A stretch of DNA of 64,000 nucleotides, taken from positions 14,461,223 through 14,525,222 of the forward strand of contig NC_092655.1 of NCBI RefSeq assembly GCF_032118995.1, written 5' to 3'. A program made the translations under genes and the position numbers. The number at the start of each line of letters is the position of its first letter. Within the stretch, counting starts at the first letter, position 1. Shown here piece by piece: positions 38,558 to 52,700 of the stretch. The notes under the pieces are model-generated. The model saw nothing but the letters and a program-made list of their open reading frames with translations, was not told where the DNA came from and ran no database searches. The stretch is from Asterias amurensis. Taxonomy: Eukaryota.

Positions 38558-40721
38558 GCGCCCACACATTGCACGATTCCAGTCAAAGATATTATTCAGT
38601 CTACCGAACCTGCACTCAAACATCTAGACAAGACATTCGTCAACCATGTCCGCATCCAGATTCTTCAAACTCTTCAAACACCAAGTTACCAAGACCCAAC
38701 ACAAGCAAGCAAGAACATGCCGCTATCCGAGCCCTGCACATAGACAAGTCTATCCACATCATTTCAACGAACATTGGTAATGCCACCGTGTTCATGTGCA
38801 CAACAGGTTCTGACCACAAGGTAACCGACATCCTGTCAACTGATACCTATTGACGCCTGCCAAGTAACTCCTGTTCAGTCATCGAACGCACCCCCACTGC
38901 TAAATTCTGCACTCTCTATCAAGCGCAGGTCATGGACAACACCATGTACCGTCACCTCAAGCCATCCGCATCCGCCTAATCACGTTTTTTTGGCCAACCT
39001 TAAGGGCCACAAGCCAGATGTTCCTCTCCGTCCCATCGTGGCGTCCCGGGGTCACCCACCTACAATACTGCAAGACACCCCACCAAGACCCTTCATCCAC
39101 TAGTTGGCCTCACTGAACATAACATTAACAACTCAAGCAAGTTCGTCGACATTATCAAATACATACATCTCCGTCCAACTGAAATCCTTGTCAGTTTTGA
39201 CATCATGTCACTATTCACCAACATACCAACTGAAGAAGCATGCAACATCGCCGAACATTGCCTTCAAGCCTAACCTACACTTACACACCGCACAAGACTC
39301 ACTCCAGAACAAGTCCACGACCTCCTTATCACCTGCTTCTCCGCTTTTAGATTCAGGTGGCGAGACAAATTCTACGAACAAACCTCTGGGGCCACCATGG
39401 GATCTCCTCTATCCCCAGTCCTGATGGATTTGTTCATGGAGGAGTTTTAACTTGACGGTATCAAGAACGCCAATCTTAGCCCCAACCTCAGGTTCCGCTA
39501 CATTGACGACACCTTTGTGGTTTTGGCCCAACAGCAAGACAGCACTCCAAAAGTTTTTCCATCAACTGAACAGTCAATATCTACGTATCCGATTCAACAT
39601 GGAACAAGAACAAAACAATGCTATCTCCTTCCTAGGTGCCGAAGTAACAAGACAAGCTGATGGCACTCTAGCCCACACGGTACATCACAAGCCAACGCAC
39701 ACCAACAGATACGTTCACAACTCATTATTCCACCATCCTCGCATCAAGTCTGCCGTCTCCAACACCTTGGTCCGTTGGACCTTGGACACCTGTGACAAGG
39801 GCAGCTTGAAGTAGGAACTACAACACATCAAGACATCACGTCAACCTAATGGCTACAAAACTTTCAACCTCAGCGAGCCCAAGCCAAGTCTCACACCAGA
39901 TGAACTACCAGAATTCAAGGCTGCAATCTCCCTCCCAAACATTGGCCTATCTTCTCACAAGCTTCAACGTATCTTCATTCAAGCTCAAGTCAAGACCTTC
40001 CATACAGCATCAAACAAGATTCAAGCATCACTCCACACACACAAGGACAAGCAAGACACTCGAGACAAAGCCGTCGTTTACCACATTCCCTGCGATTACT
40101 GTGAAGTATACATCGTGGAACCAGGGCGCAATATCTCAACAAGAATCAAGGAACACAAAGCACATGGCACACTGGAACACCTCAACAATTCAGCCATCAT
40201 CAAATATTCACACGAACACGACAGCATCATCAAGTGGAATCAAGCCAAACTCATAGCTCATGTACAGTCCTGTCACCAATGCAGAGTCCGGGAGGCCATC
40301 GATATACAAGCACGCCATACAGTTCCAGAAGACATCGGTTTCTTCATTAGCGACATCTGGTCACACATCCTCAAGCCAACCCTTCCAGCAGAAGCTCACC
40401 ACAAGAATGTCACACTCCAATGCACACACATCCAGCCAGCAATCAACTCACATGCATTACCGGCCAAGAACAGCTTTGATCCATCCCGCCCAAATGCTCA
40501 TCCATCCAGCACTTCTAAAGTTCGACCATCGCCTGTAGTCCAGCATTCTCCTGAAGACGAGCAGAATATACTGTTAGAAACATCAAGGCCAAACCTGCTC
40601 TTTCCAGAGCCAATACTCACCTTAAGAGGTTTACACATGGTTGTCCCCGTAAATTCTTATTTCTCCACACCATGCAAAGCTTCAAACAATACATATCCAA
40701 GATGGGATTAAATCGCAACAA
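38558..40721 (+). mobile_element. PLE of the P lineage (P2b). An additional TAG at about 39812-39814 splits the 419-aa ORF.
   Basis: ORFs 39452..39814 ('...CDKGSLK*', where the other copies read CAG) and 40115..40711. Confidence 0.85.
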
Positions 40722-43310
40722 ATCTAGGTAGAATAGCTAAAGAATGATTTCTTTATACTCAAAACTCTATTTCGAGATGCATTTTTCTCATTGTCTGTAT
40801 TTTTTCTTTAATTTTTTTACGGCGACGGTGATCCATCTGCCTATTGGAGACCAACGGAAACTGCACCATTCCAGTTGCGGCCATGAAGACATCAATGGGA
40901 GCTGTGTATCTTCGAGGAAAACGACAGGAAAAGGTAAGTTTATTTTAAGGTGGATTGATAGCTTGGGAAGTAATGAGGGACCGTATTGATAGCTTGGGAA
41001 GTAATGAGGGACCGTAAGTTGTTGAGATTTATCCTGAAATCAAGATTATGTCTAGATTTAAAAGGGGCTCCATGCTCAAATTTAGCTTTGTAATTCACAA
41101 ATTTTCCATTTGCTGGAGTCAAGATGAAAACTGGGGGGGGACTCGATTATGTAAGATGCTATTGTGTTTGATACCCTTCAATTGCAATTCAAATATAAAG
41201 GGCCATACATTTTTGGACAGAAATTCTACAGTTTCATTTCCAAATTGTAATCAAAAGGACATCAAGTCTGAGCTTATGTACAGACCAATTTGTTTTTGCT
41301 GTATGATGATGTCATGCTCTGAAAGAGCGCAATTTGTTTTCTGCACCATTTTAACTTGACATAGAGTCATGCGGTGTCCCCAAACTCCACTCACATGTTG
41401 GAAAATGAATGCATCACAAAACTCAAATTCACAAAAACTCAAAACTCAAGATCCACATCATTTACATTTTTGAGCGAAACTGTTTGCTTTTTTGGATTTT
41501 GGATTTTGAAGCAAACACTTTGGTACATGAGAAAATAAATACAGTGAAAAATATTTGACGTGAGTGTATATATGGTGTCCTGATTGAAATGTATTTCAGG
41601 AGTCTGCGTTTATGGTTTAAAGGCAGTGGACACTATTGTTAGTTACTCAAAATAATTATTATCGTCAAACCTTACTTGGTAACTAGGAATGGGGAGAGGG
41701 TGATGGTATAAAACATTGCGAGAACCAACTCCCTCTGAATTAACGTAGTTTTCGATAAAGAAGTAGTTTTCCCTGAATTTGGTGCTCTGATTTTTGTCCT
41801 ACTAATTTATGCATGCGCAGCGTTGCACACTAACCTAAATCTACCAAGCTCATATCCGAGCATGCTTGCGTGTGACATCTTAATCTCCAACTTCACACCA
41901 TTCGTCATTGTCTACACGTCGTGTAACAACCACGCACCCCTTTTATTACACCTTCATTCTTAAACTAAAATGGAATAACTCTGATTCGAAGTGCACTTTC
42001 CTCAGTTTTTGTTTTGTTTTGTCTTATATTTTTTCGAAGACGGTGTCATGCCATTCCAGTACCGACCAAGAAGACATCATTGGGAGCTATGTACGCTGTG
42101 AGGAAACCGACAGGACAGGTAAGTTCATTTTCAGTTTGAATGATAGCTTAGAAAGTAATGAGGGAGAGTAATTTGTTAAGGTTTATCTTAAAATAAACAT
42201 TTTGTTCAGATTTAAAAGGGGCTCCACGCTCTAATTTAGCTTGGTTATTCACAAATTTTCCATTTGCTGGAGTCAAGATGAAAATTGGGGGGGGGGGGAC
42301 TCGATTATGTAAGATGCTATCGTGTTTGATACCCTTCAATTGCAATTCAAATATAAAGGGCCATACATTTTTGGACAGAAATTCTTCAGTTTCATTTCCA
42401 AATTGTCATCAAAAGGACATCAAGTCTGAGTTAATGTACCGACCAATGGGGAGAGGGTGATGGTATAAAACGTTGCGAGAACCAACTCCCTCTGAATTAA
42501 AATAGTTTTCGATTAAGAAGTAATTTTCCATGAATTTGGAAATTCTTGGATTGTGCATATATTGTTCCTTTACTAATATGTGGGTTTACTGTATTAATGT
42601 TTTGCAATTTGTCCTGTAAGGTTCTTGTTCATTCAATTGTTTGGATTATTATAATGTTATCCGCTTTTGTACAGCTTATGGAATGGGCGCAATGTTAATG
42701 AACAAACTATTATTATTAATATTACTATTATTATTAGTTTTTGTTTCGAGACCTCAGCATTTGATTTTGAGGTTTCGAAATCAAGCATCTGAAAGCACAT
42801 AAGTTTGTGTAACAAGGGTGGGTGTGCTTTCTTTCATTATTGTCTTGCAACTTCGACGATCAATTGAGCTCAAAGTTTCACAAGTTTTTACTTCATGCAT
42901 ATGTTGACATACGTCACCAAGAGTGAGGACTGGGCTTTGACAATTACCTATAGTGTCCAGTGTCTTTAAGCCTTTAGTCCACAAACTGTCCTGTCGGTTT
43001 CTTCGCAAAAAGTTCTTGAAAGTTGGTTTAATGGAAATAACAAGTTCATGACAATTGTTCGACTGTAAAGAAAATTTGAGAGAAAGAAAGCATAACAAAT
43101 TATCATCGAAAAACTCAAGGACCCAATTTTGGGATGCTCTTTGTAATAATGGACCAATTTAAGGTGGAGGTTTTACACTTAATATTTTGACTTGATTGAC
43201 ATATTTTCAGGAGTCTGCAGTTCTGCTGGGAATGTGGTGTACTACCTGTCGATGACTGAAGCTCACAAAACATAGGTACATAGCTAGAGATTTATCTCTT
43301 TATAATCTCG
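40722..43310 (+). repeat. Two long M modules (copy B)
   Basis: Colinear with 18215-20806. Confidence 0.6.
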
Positions 43311-45316
43311 TCTTCAGGGGAATGCTGGAATGCAGGCGGCGCCGGTGGTGGAGCTTAAGTTGCGCTGGATGGATGAGCATTTGGGAGGGAAGGATCAGAG
43401 CTGTTCTTGGCCGGTGATGCGTGAACGTTGATTGCTGGCTGGATGTGAATTGCATTGGAGTGTAACATTCTTTAGGTGAGCTGCTGCTGGGAGGGTTGGC
43501 TCGAGGATTGGTGACCAGATGTCCATAATGAAGAAACCTATGTCTCGTGGAACTTTATGATGTGCTTGTATCTCGATGGCCTCCCTGACTCTGCATTGGT
43601 GTCAGGACTGTACAGGAGCTTTGAGTTCGGCTTGATTCCAATTGATGATGTGGTCGTGTTCTTGTGAATGTTTGATGATGGCTGATTTGTCGAGGTGTCC
43701 CAGTCTGCCATGTGCTTTGTGTCCTTGATTCTTGTTGAGATGCTGCGCCAGGTTTCCGCGAAGTACACTTTACTGCAATCACAGGGAATGCGGTAAACGC
43801 CTGCTTTGTCTTGAGTGTCTCGCTTGTCCTTGTGTGTGTGGAGTGATGCTTGAATCTTGTTTGGTGCTGTGTGGAAGATCTTGACTTGAGCTTGACTGAA
43901 GATACTTTGAAACTTGTGAGAAGTGTGGCCGATATCTGGGAGGGTGATTGCAGCCTTGAACTCTGGTTGTTCATCTGTTGTGAGACTTGGCTTGGGCCGG
44001 CTAAGATTGAATGTCTTGTAGTCGTTAAGTTGAAGTGAAGTCTTGATGTGGTGTAGTTCCTGCTTCAAGCTGCCTTTGTCACAGATGTTGAAGGCCCAGC
44101 AAAACCAAGGTGTTGCAGACAGCAGACTTGAAGCGAGGATGATGGAATGATGAGTTGTGAAGGTATCTATCGGGGTGTTTTGGCTTGCAATGTAACGTTT
44201 GGGCTATAGTGCCATCAGCTTGTCTTGTTACTTGGACGTCTAGGACGGAGATAGTGTTGTTTTGTTCTTGTTCCATGGTGAATTGGATGTGTGGATGTTG
44301 ACTGTTCAGGTGATGGAAGAACTCTTGGAGTGCTGTCTTGTCGTAAGGCCTAACCACAAAGGTGTCGTTAATGTAGCGGAGCTAGAGGTTAGGGCAAAGA
44401 TTGACCTTCTCGATGCTGTCAAGTTCAAACTCCTCCATGAACAAATCTGCCAGGACCGGGGATAGAGGATATCTCATGGCGGCCCCAGAGGTTTGTTCAT
44501 AGAATTTGTCTCACCACCTGAAGCCGGAAGCGTAGACGCTGGTGATGAGGAGGTCGTGGACTTGTTCTGGAGTGAGGCTTGTGCAGTCTGTCAGTGTAGG
44601 TTCGGCTTGAAGGCTTTGGTTGGCGATGTTGCATGCTTCTTCGATTGATATGTTGGTGAACAGTGACACGACATCAAAACTGACAAGGATATCAGTTGGA
44701 CGGAGATGTATGTGCTTGATGATGTCGACTAACTTGCTTGTGTTGTTGATGTGATGTTCAGTGAGGCCAACTAGTCGATGGAGGTTCTTGGTGAGGTGTG
44801 TTGCAATGTTGTAAGAAGGTGAACCCTGGGAAGCCACGATGGGGCGGAGAGGACCATCTGGCTTGTTGATCTTGGGTTGGCAGAAGAAACGTGGGCAGGT
44901 GAATGCGGATGGCTTGAGGTGACGGTACGTGGTGTTGTCTATGACTTGCGCTTGATAGAGAGTACAGAGTTTGGTGGTGAGTGTGCGTTCAATGACTGGG
45001 CTGGGGTTCCTTGGCAGGCATTGGTAGCTATTAGTTGACAGGATTTCATTTACTTGGTGGTCATAATCCGTTGTAGACATGACCATAGTGGCATTACCCT
45101 TGTCCGCTGACATGATGTGGATGGACTTGTCTTTGTGCAGGGCTCAGATATCAGCATTTTCTCGCCTGCTTGTGTAGGGTCTTGGTAACTTGGCGTTTGA
45201 AGTCTTTGCAGAATTTGGATGCGGACTTGGTTGGCGACTGTCTTGTCCAGATGTTTGAGTGCAGGTTCAGTGGACTGATTGATGTCTTTGACTTGAATCA
45301 TGCGAGGTGTGCTGGC
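43304..45316 (-). mobile_element. PLE of the N lineage (N2b). An extra stop relative to N2a splits the RT ORF into 44079..44357 and 43538..44068.
   Basis: The - strand ORFs 45050..45343, 44511..45113, 44079..44357 and 43538..44068. Confidence 0.85.
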
Positions 45317-47478
45317 GCCCACACATTGCACGATTCCAGTCAAAGATATTATTCAGTCTACCGAACCTGCGCTCAAACATCTAGACAAGACATTCGTCAA
45401 CCATATCCGCATCCAGATTCTTCAAATTCTTCAAACACCAAGTTACCAAGACCCAACACAAGCAAGCAAGAACACGCCGCTATCCGAGCCCTGCACAAAG
45501 ACAAGTCTATCCACATCATTTCAACGAACATTGGTAATGCCACCGTGTTCATGTGCACAACAGATTCTGACCACAAGGTAACCGACATCCTGTCAACTGA
45601 TACCTACCGACGCCTGCCAAGTAACTCCTGTTCAGTCATCGAACGCACCCCCACTGCTAAATTCTGCACTCTCTATCAAGCGCAGGTCATAGACAACACC
45701 ATGTACCGTCACCTCAAGCCATCCGCATCCGCCTAATCACGTTTTTTTGGCCAACCTTAAGAGCCACAAGCCAGATGTTCCTCTCCGTCCCATCGTGGCG
45801 TCCCGGGGTCACCCACCTACAATACTGCAAGACACCCCACCAAGACCCTTCATCCACTAGTTGGCCTCACTGAACATAACATTAACAACTCAAGCAAGTT
45901 CGTCGACATTATCAAATACATACATCTCCGCCCAACTGAGATCCTTGTCAGTTTTGACATCATGTCACTATTCACCAACATACCAACTGAAGGAGCATGC
46001 AACATCGCCGAACAATGCCTTCAATCCTAACCTACACTGACAGACCGCACAAGACTCACTCCAGAACAAGTCCACGACCTCCTTATCACCTGCTTCTCCG
46101 CTTTTAGATTCAGGTGGCGAGACTAATTCTACGAACAAACCTCTGGGGCCACCATGGGATCTCCTCTATCCCCGGTCCTGATGGATTTGTTCATGGAGGA
46201 GTTTTTACTTGACGGTATCAAGAACGCCAATCTTCGCCCCAACCTCAGGTTCCGCTACATTGACGACACCTTTGTGGTTTTGGCCCAACGGCAAGACAGC
46301 ACTCCAAAAGTTCTTCCATCAACTGAACAGTCAATATCTACGTATCCGATTCAACATGGAACAAGAACAAAACAATGCTATCTCCTTCCTAGGTGCCGAA
46401 GTAACAAGACAAGCTGATGGCACTCTAGCCCACACGGTACATCACAAGCCAACGCACACCAACAGATACGTTCACAACTCATTATTCCACCATCCTCGCT
46501 TCAAGTCTGCTGTCTCCAACACCTTGGTCCGTTGGACCTTGGACACCTGTGACAAGGGCAGCTTGAAGCAGGAACTACAACACATCAAGACATCACGTCA
46601 ACTTAATGGCTACAAAACTTTCAACCTCAGCGAGCCCAAGCCAAGTCTCACACCAGATGAACTACCAGAGTTCAAGGCTGCAATCTCCCTCCCAAACATT
46701 GGCCTATCTTCTCACAAGCTTCAACGTATCTTCATTCAAGCTCAAGTCAAGACCTTCCATACAGCATCAAACAAGATTCAAGCATCACTCCACACACACA
46801 AGGACAAGCAAGACACTCGAGACAAAGCCAGCGTTTACCACATTCCCTGCGATTACTGTGAAGTATACATCGTGGAACCAGGGCGCAATATCTCAACAAG
46901 AATCAAGGAACACAAAGCACATGGCACACTGGAACACCTCAACAATTCAGCCATCATCAAATATTCACACGAACACGACAGCATCATCAAGTGGAATCAA
47001 GCCAAACTCATAGCTCATGTACAGTCCTGGCACCAATGCAGAGTCGGGGAGGCCATCGATATACAAGCACGCCATACAGTTCCAGAAGACATCGGTTTCT
47101 TCATTAACGACATCTGGTCACACATCCTCAAGCCAACCCTTCCAGCAGCAGCTCACCACAAGAATGTCACACTCCAATGCACACACATCCAGCCAGCAAT
47201 CAACTCACATGCATTACCGGCCAAGAACAGCTTTGATCCATCCCGCCCAAATGCTCATCCATCCAGCACTTCTAAAGTTCGACCATCGCCTGTAGTCCAA
47301 CATTCTCCTGAAGACGAGCAGAATAAACTGTTAGAAACATCGAGACCAAACCTGCTCTTTCCAGAGCCAATACTCACCTTAAGAGGTTTGCACATGGTTG
47401 TCCCCGTAAATTCTTATTTCTCCACACCATGCAAAGCTTCAAACAATACATATCCAAGATGGGATTAAATCGCAACAA
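45317..47478 (+). mobile_element. PLE of the P lineage (P1c). This copy has TTA (L) in place of the TAA stop after MEEF, but the post-YIDD frameshift is retained.
   Basis: ORFs 45170..45736, 46154..46417 ('MGSPLSPVLMDLFMEEFLLDGIKNANLRPNLRFRYIDDTFVVLAQRQ...') and 46209..47468. Confidence 0.85.
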
Positions 47479-48671
47479 ACCTAGGTAGAATAGCTAGAGA
47501 ATGATCTCTTTATACTCAAAACTCTATTTCGAGATGCATTTTTCTCATTGTCTGTATTTTTTCTTTAATTTTTTTACGGCGACGGTGATCCATCTGCCTA
47601 TTGGAGACCAATGGAAACTGCACCATTCCAGTTGCGGCCATGAAGACATCAATGGGAGCTGTGTATCTTTGAGGAAAACGACAGGAAAAGGTAAGTTTAC
47701 TTTAAGGGACCGTAAGTTGTTGAGATTTATCCTGAAATCAAGATTATGTCTAGATTTAAAAGGGGCTCCATGCTAAAATTTAGCTTTGAAAATCACCAGT
47801 TTTCCAATTGCTAGAGTCCTCATGAAAAAAATCTAAACCTCGCAGCATGAATATTGTTCTATGGTGAAAAGTATTTAATGAGAATAGTGATTTTGTAATA
47901 ACTTGATTGGCATATATTTCAGGAGTCTGCAGTTCTGCTGGGGATGTGGTGTGCTACCTGCCGATGACCAAAAGCCATGATGCAACAGTGCCTGACTATG
48001 CGGACAGCATCCCAGCTGTCATTTAAGTGCACCAAACATAGGTAGATAGCTGGAGAATGATCTCTTTAATCTCTAAACTCTGTTGGGGAAGTGCATTTTG
48101 CTAATAGTTTGTATTTGTCGTTTATTTTTTACGGCGACGGTGAACTGGTTAAATGTTTAACCATCTGCCCATGGGAGTCCAGTGGAAACTGCACATGCCG
48201 GCCATGAAGTAATCATTGGGACCTTTGTACGCTGTGAGCAAAATGACAAGACAGGGTAAGTTTATTTTTAGTTTGATTGTTGGCAAATTTTGTGATTTTG
48301 ACTGGAGCATAACTGTTTTCCTCTTCTGGATTAGTGATGTGAAAAAAATAACATTGTATTACATAAATGTGCCAAATACAACCTTGCAACATGAACTATA
48401 ATTGTTCTACAGTAAAAAGTATTTGGTGAAAATAATTTCACTGAAATGTCTTAATTGACATATATTTCAGGAGTCTGCAGATCTGCTTGGGACACCTGCT
48501 GATAACAAGCACCAACATGAAAACAGCCGAGAGGATGCCTGCCTATGCGGACAACATCCCAGTTGTCATTGAAGTGCACCAAACATAGGTAGATAGCTAG
48601 AGAATGATCTCTTTAATCTCGAAACTTCATTTCGCAGTGCATTTCATTTGCTTGGATCCTTTTTGTTCTTA
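47479..48671 (+). repeat. Tandem M modules (copy C)
   Basis: Colinear with 2918-4110. Confidence 0.7.
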
Positions 48672-49000
48672 AGCAGCTCTATGAAAGTTGGCCCTGATGA
48701 TCCAAGTCTTGATATGGTACTGATGCGAGTACATTGTAATTTTGTTGTAGATGATTGTGACGACTGCGTGTCAACATGGACCATGAAGATGTGACGTCAC
48801 AGTACAGAAAGATACATCATGGCTTGAGGAGATAGACTTATTCCTCAGCTACTCACCAGGGTCCTAAGTGGAATTTGAAGGTATGATCTGTTTTAGCGAA
48901 GCTTGAGATGAAAGTTTAGAAATCCATACAAGTGCAGACAATAGACATTTCTTAGGTTTCATTATTCAAACATAGTCCCATATACCTTAATAATAATAAT

Positions 49001-49321
49001 AAACAGTTCTTATATAGCGCAAATTACAAAATAAAGTCTCTAAGGGCTTCTATGATTGAAAAGATGGGTTTTAAGTTTAGATTTAAATGTTCGTAGCGTG
49101 GCACAGTCTATGATATTGTTGGGAAGAGAGTTCCAAAGTCTTGGAGAAGCATATTTGAAGGAGCGATGACCATTGACCTTGTCTGAAAAATGTATGTTAA
49201 AGCGTGCGCCAGGAGGGTCACTGAGTGAGGGATATGCATACTTAATAAAAAGCAATTCTTGATATAGTATACACACATCTTTGACCTTTAAATCCAAATC
49301 TCGCTCTAATTAGTTTTTTCT
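49001..49321 (-). repeat. PRLWNSLP-type repeat fragment (copy C)
   Basis: ORF 49040..49297. Confidence 0.4.
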
Positions 49322-49724
49322 TTCTTTTTTGATCATATTTAATACAGGATTAACACGTTCGAACATCTTCAAGTTGGATGCATGAAGATGCTGTGCCACC
49401 TTATGCAACACCAATAAAACACTTGCTTCACCACCTCATCTAAGGCATCATGACAACAGATGAACATTGTCAACAGAATGAACCCAAAGAACACAAACGA
49501 GACGAAGAGGCAGACCAAGTTGGCGTTAGATGGATGACATCAGAGAATTTGGAAGCGTCACTTGGATGCGAAAAGTGCAAGAACGATCAAGGTGGAATGG
49601 TGATGGCCTTACTTCTGCAGTATGTAGCGGCATTATCTAGATAGATATTTTGCCACTTACACAAAAATATTTACTCTGTACAAAGTCAAGACAACATAAG
49701 GTTATTTGTAAAAGTAAACTCACT

Positions 49725-52700
49725 ACCAATAAAAAGTAAACAAGTGTGTTAAGGACTGTATATAAGTGGTGATTTATGTAATGAATTTTTGTATTGTAAT
49801 AATGAATTAAATATAAATTGTAACTTTTATTTTGTGTCACTCTGTAATTCAATTATTTGTTATTCTTATTGTTTACATGGTATCTGTTCTGGGGTACCCT
49901 CACATGGTGGCCACCATGTTTTTTTTACTGGTTACTATATGAAGACATGTAAATATTGTGACACACTTGGGGTTTAGTAACTCTTGTTAAAGTTTGTAAT
50001 GTCAAAGGTAATGACCTTGTGTGTGTTTGAGTACTCATTAACCAGGTTTATTATTACAAAGGTCTAGACATTGTTCATGGTATTTGTTAGGGATAATCAG
50101 TCCAGTTTTTGAGTACTCTTAACGACGTTAAACAAGTGTGTTAAGGACTGTATATAAGTGGCGATTTATGTAATGAAGTTTTGTATTGTAATAATGAATT
50201 AAATATAAATTGTAACTTTTGTTTTGTGTCACTCTGTAATTCAATTATTTATTATTTTAATTATTAACATGGTATCTCTTCTGGGGTACCCTCACATGGT
50301 GGCCACCATGTTTTTTTACTGGTTACTATATGAATACATGTAAATATTGTGACACACTTGGGGTTTAGAACTCTTTTTAAAGTTTGTTATGTCAAAGGTC
50401 ATGACCTTGTGTGTGTTTGAGTACTCATTAACCAGGTTTATTATTACAATGGTCTAGACATATTGTTCATGGTATTTATTAAGGATAATCAGTCCAGTTT
50501 TTGAGTACTCTTAACGACGTTAGAAAAATGTGTTAAGGACTGTATATAAGTGGTGATTTATGTAATGAAGTTTTGTATTGTAATAATGAATTAAATATAA
50601 ATTGTAACTTTTATTTTGTGTCACTCTGTAATTCAATTATTTGTTATTCTAATTGTTTACATGGTATCTGTTCTGGGGTACCCTCACATAGTGGCCAGCA
50701 TGTTTCTTTACTGGTTACTATATGAAGACATGTAAATATTGTGACACACTTGGGGTTTAGTAACTCTTGTTAAAGTTTGTAGTATCAAAGTTTTTGAGTA
50801 CTCTTAACGACGTTAAACAAGTGTGTTAACGACTGTATATAAGTGGTGATTTATGTAATAAAGTTTGGTATTGTAATAATGAATTAATTATAAATTGTAA
50901 CTTTTATTTTGTGTCACTCTGTAATTAAATTATTTATTATTTTAATTATTAACATGGTATCTCTTCTGGGGTACCCTCACATGGTGGCCACCATGTTTTT
51001 TTACTGGTTACTATATGAAGACATGTAAATATTGTGACACACTTGGGGTGTAGTAACTCTTGTTAAAGTTTGTAATGTCAAAGGTCATGACCTTGTGTGT
51101 GTTTGAGTACTCATTAACCAGGTTTATTATTACAAAGGTCTAGACATTGTTCATGGTATTTGTTAGGGATAATCAGTCCAGTTTTTGAGTACTCTTAACG
51201 ACGTTAAACAAGTGTGTTAAGGACTGTATATAAGTGGCGATTTATGTAATGAAGTTTTGTATTGTAATAATGAATTAAATATAAATTGTAACTTTTGTTT
51301 TGTGTCACTCTGTAATTAAATTATTTATTATTTTAATTATTAACATGGTATCTCTTCTGGGGTACCCTCACATGGTGGCCACCATGTTTTTTTACTGGTT
51401 ACTATATGAAGACATGTAAATATTGTGACACACTTGGGGTTTAGAACTCTTTTTAAAGTTTGTTATGTCAAAGGTCATGACATTGTGTGTGTTTGAGTAC
51501 TCATTAACCAGGTTTATTATTACAATGGTCCAGACATATTGTTCATGGTATTTATTAAGGATAATCAGTCCAGTTTTTGAGTACTCTTAACGACGTTAGA
51601 AAAATGTGTTAAGGACTGTATGTAAGTGGTGATTTATGTAATGAAGTTTTGTATTGTAATAATGAATTAAATATAAATTGTAACTTTTATTTTGTGTCAC
51701 TCTGTAATTCAATTATTTGTTATTCTAATTGTTTACATGGTATCTGTTCTGGGGTACCCTCACATAGTGGCCAGCATGTTTCTTTACTGGTTACTATATG
51801 AAGACATGTAAATATTGTGACACACTTGGGGTTTAGTAACTCTTGTTAAAGTTTGTAGTATCAAAGTTTTTGAGTACTCTTAACGACGTTAAACAAGTGT
51901 GTTAACGACTGTATATAAGTGGTGATTTATGTAATAAAGTTTGGTATTGTAATAATGAATTAATTATAAATTGTAACTTTTATTTTGTGTCACTCTGTAA
52001 TTCAATTATTTGTTATTCTAATTGTTTACATGGTATCTATTCTGGGGTACCCTCACATGGTGGCCACCATGTTTTTTTACTGGTTACTATATGAAGACAT
52101 GTAAATATTGTGACACACTTGGGGTTTAGTAACTCTTGTTAAAGTTTGTTATGTCAAAGGTCATGACCTTGTGTGTGTTTGAGTACTCATTAACCAGGTT
52201 TATAATTACAAAGGTCTAGCCATTGTCCATGGTATTTATATGGATAATCAGTCCAGTTTGTGAGTACTCTAAGAGTCTTAACGACGTTAAAAAAGTGTGT
52301 TAAGGACTGTATATAAGTGTTGATTTATGTAATGAAGTTTTGTAACGTAATAATGAATTAATTATTAATTGTAACCTTTTATTTTATGTCACTCTGTAAT
52401 TCAATTATTTGTTATTCTAATTGTTTACATGGTATCTATTCTGGGGTACCCTCACATGGTGGCCACCATGTTTTTTTACTGGTTACTATATGAAGACATG
52501 TAAATATTGTGACACACTTGGGGTTTAGTAACTCTTGTTAAAGTTTGTTATGTCAAAGGTCATGACCTTGTGTGTGTTTGAGTACTCATTAACCAGGTTT
52601 ATAATTACAAAGGTCTAGCCATTGTCCATGGTATTTATATGGATAATCAGTCCAGTTTGTGAGTACTCTAAGAGTCTTAACGACGTTAAAAAAGTGTGTT

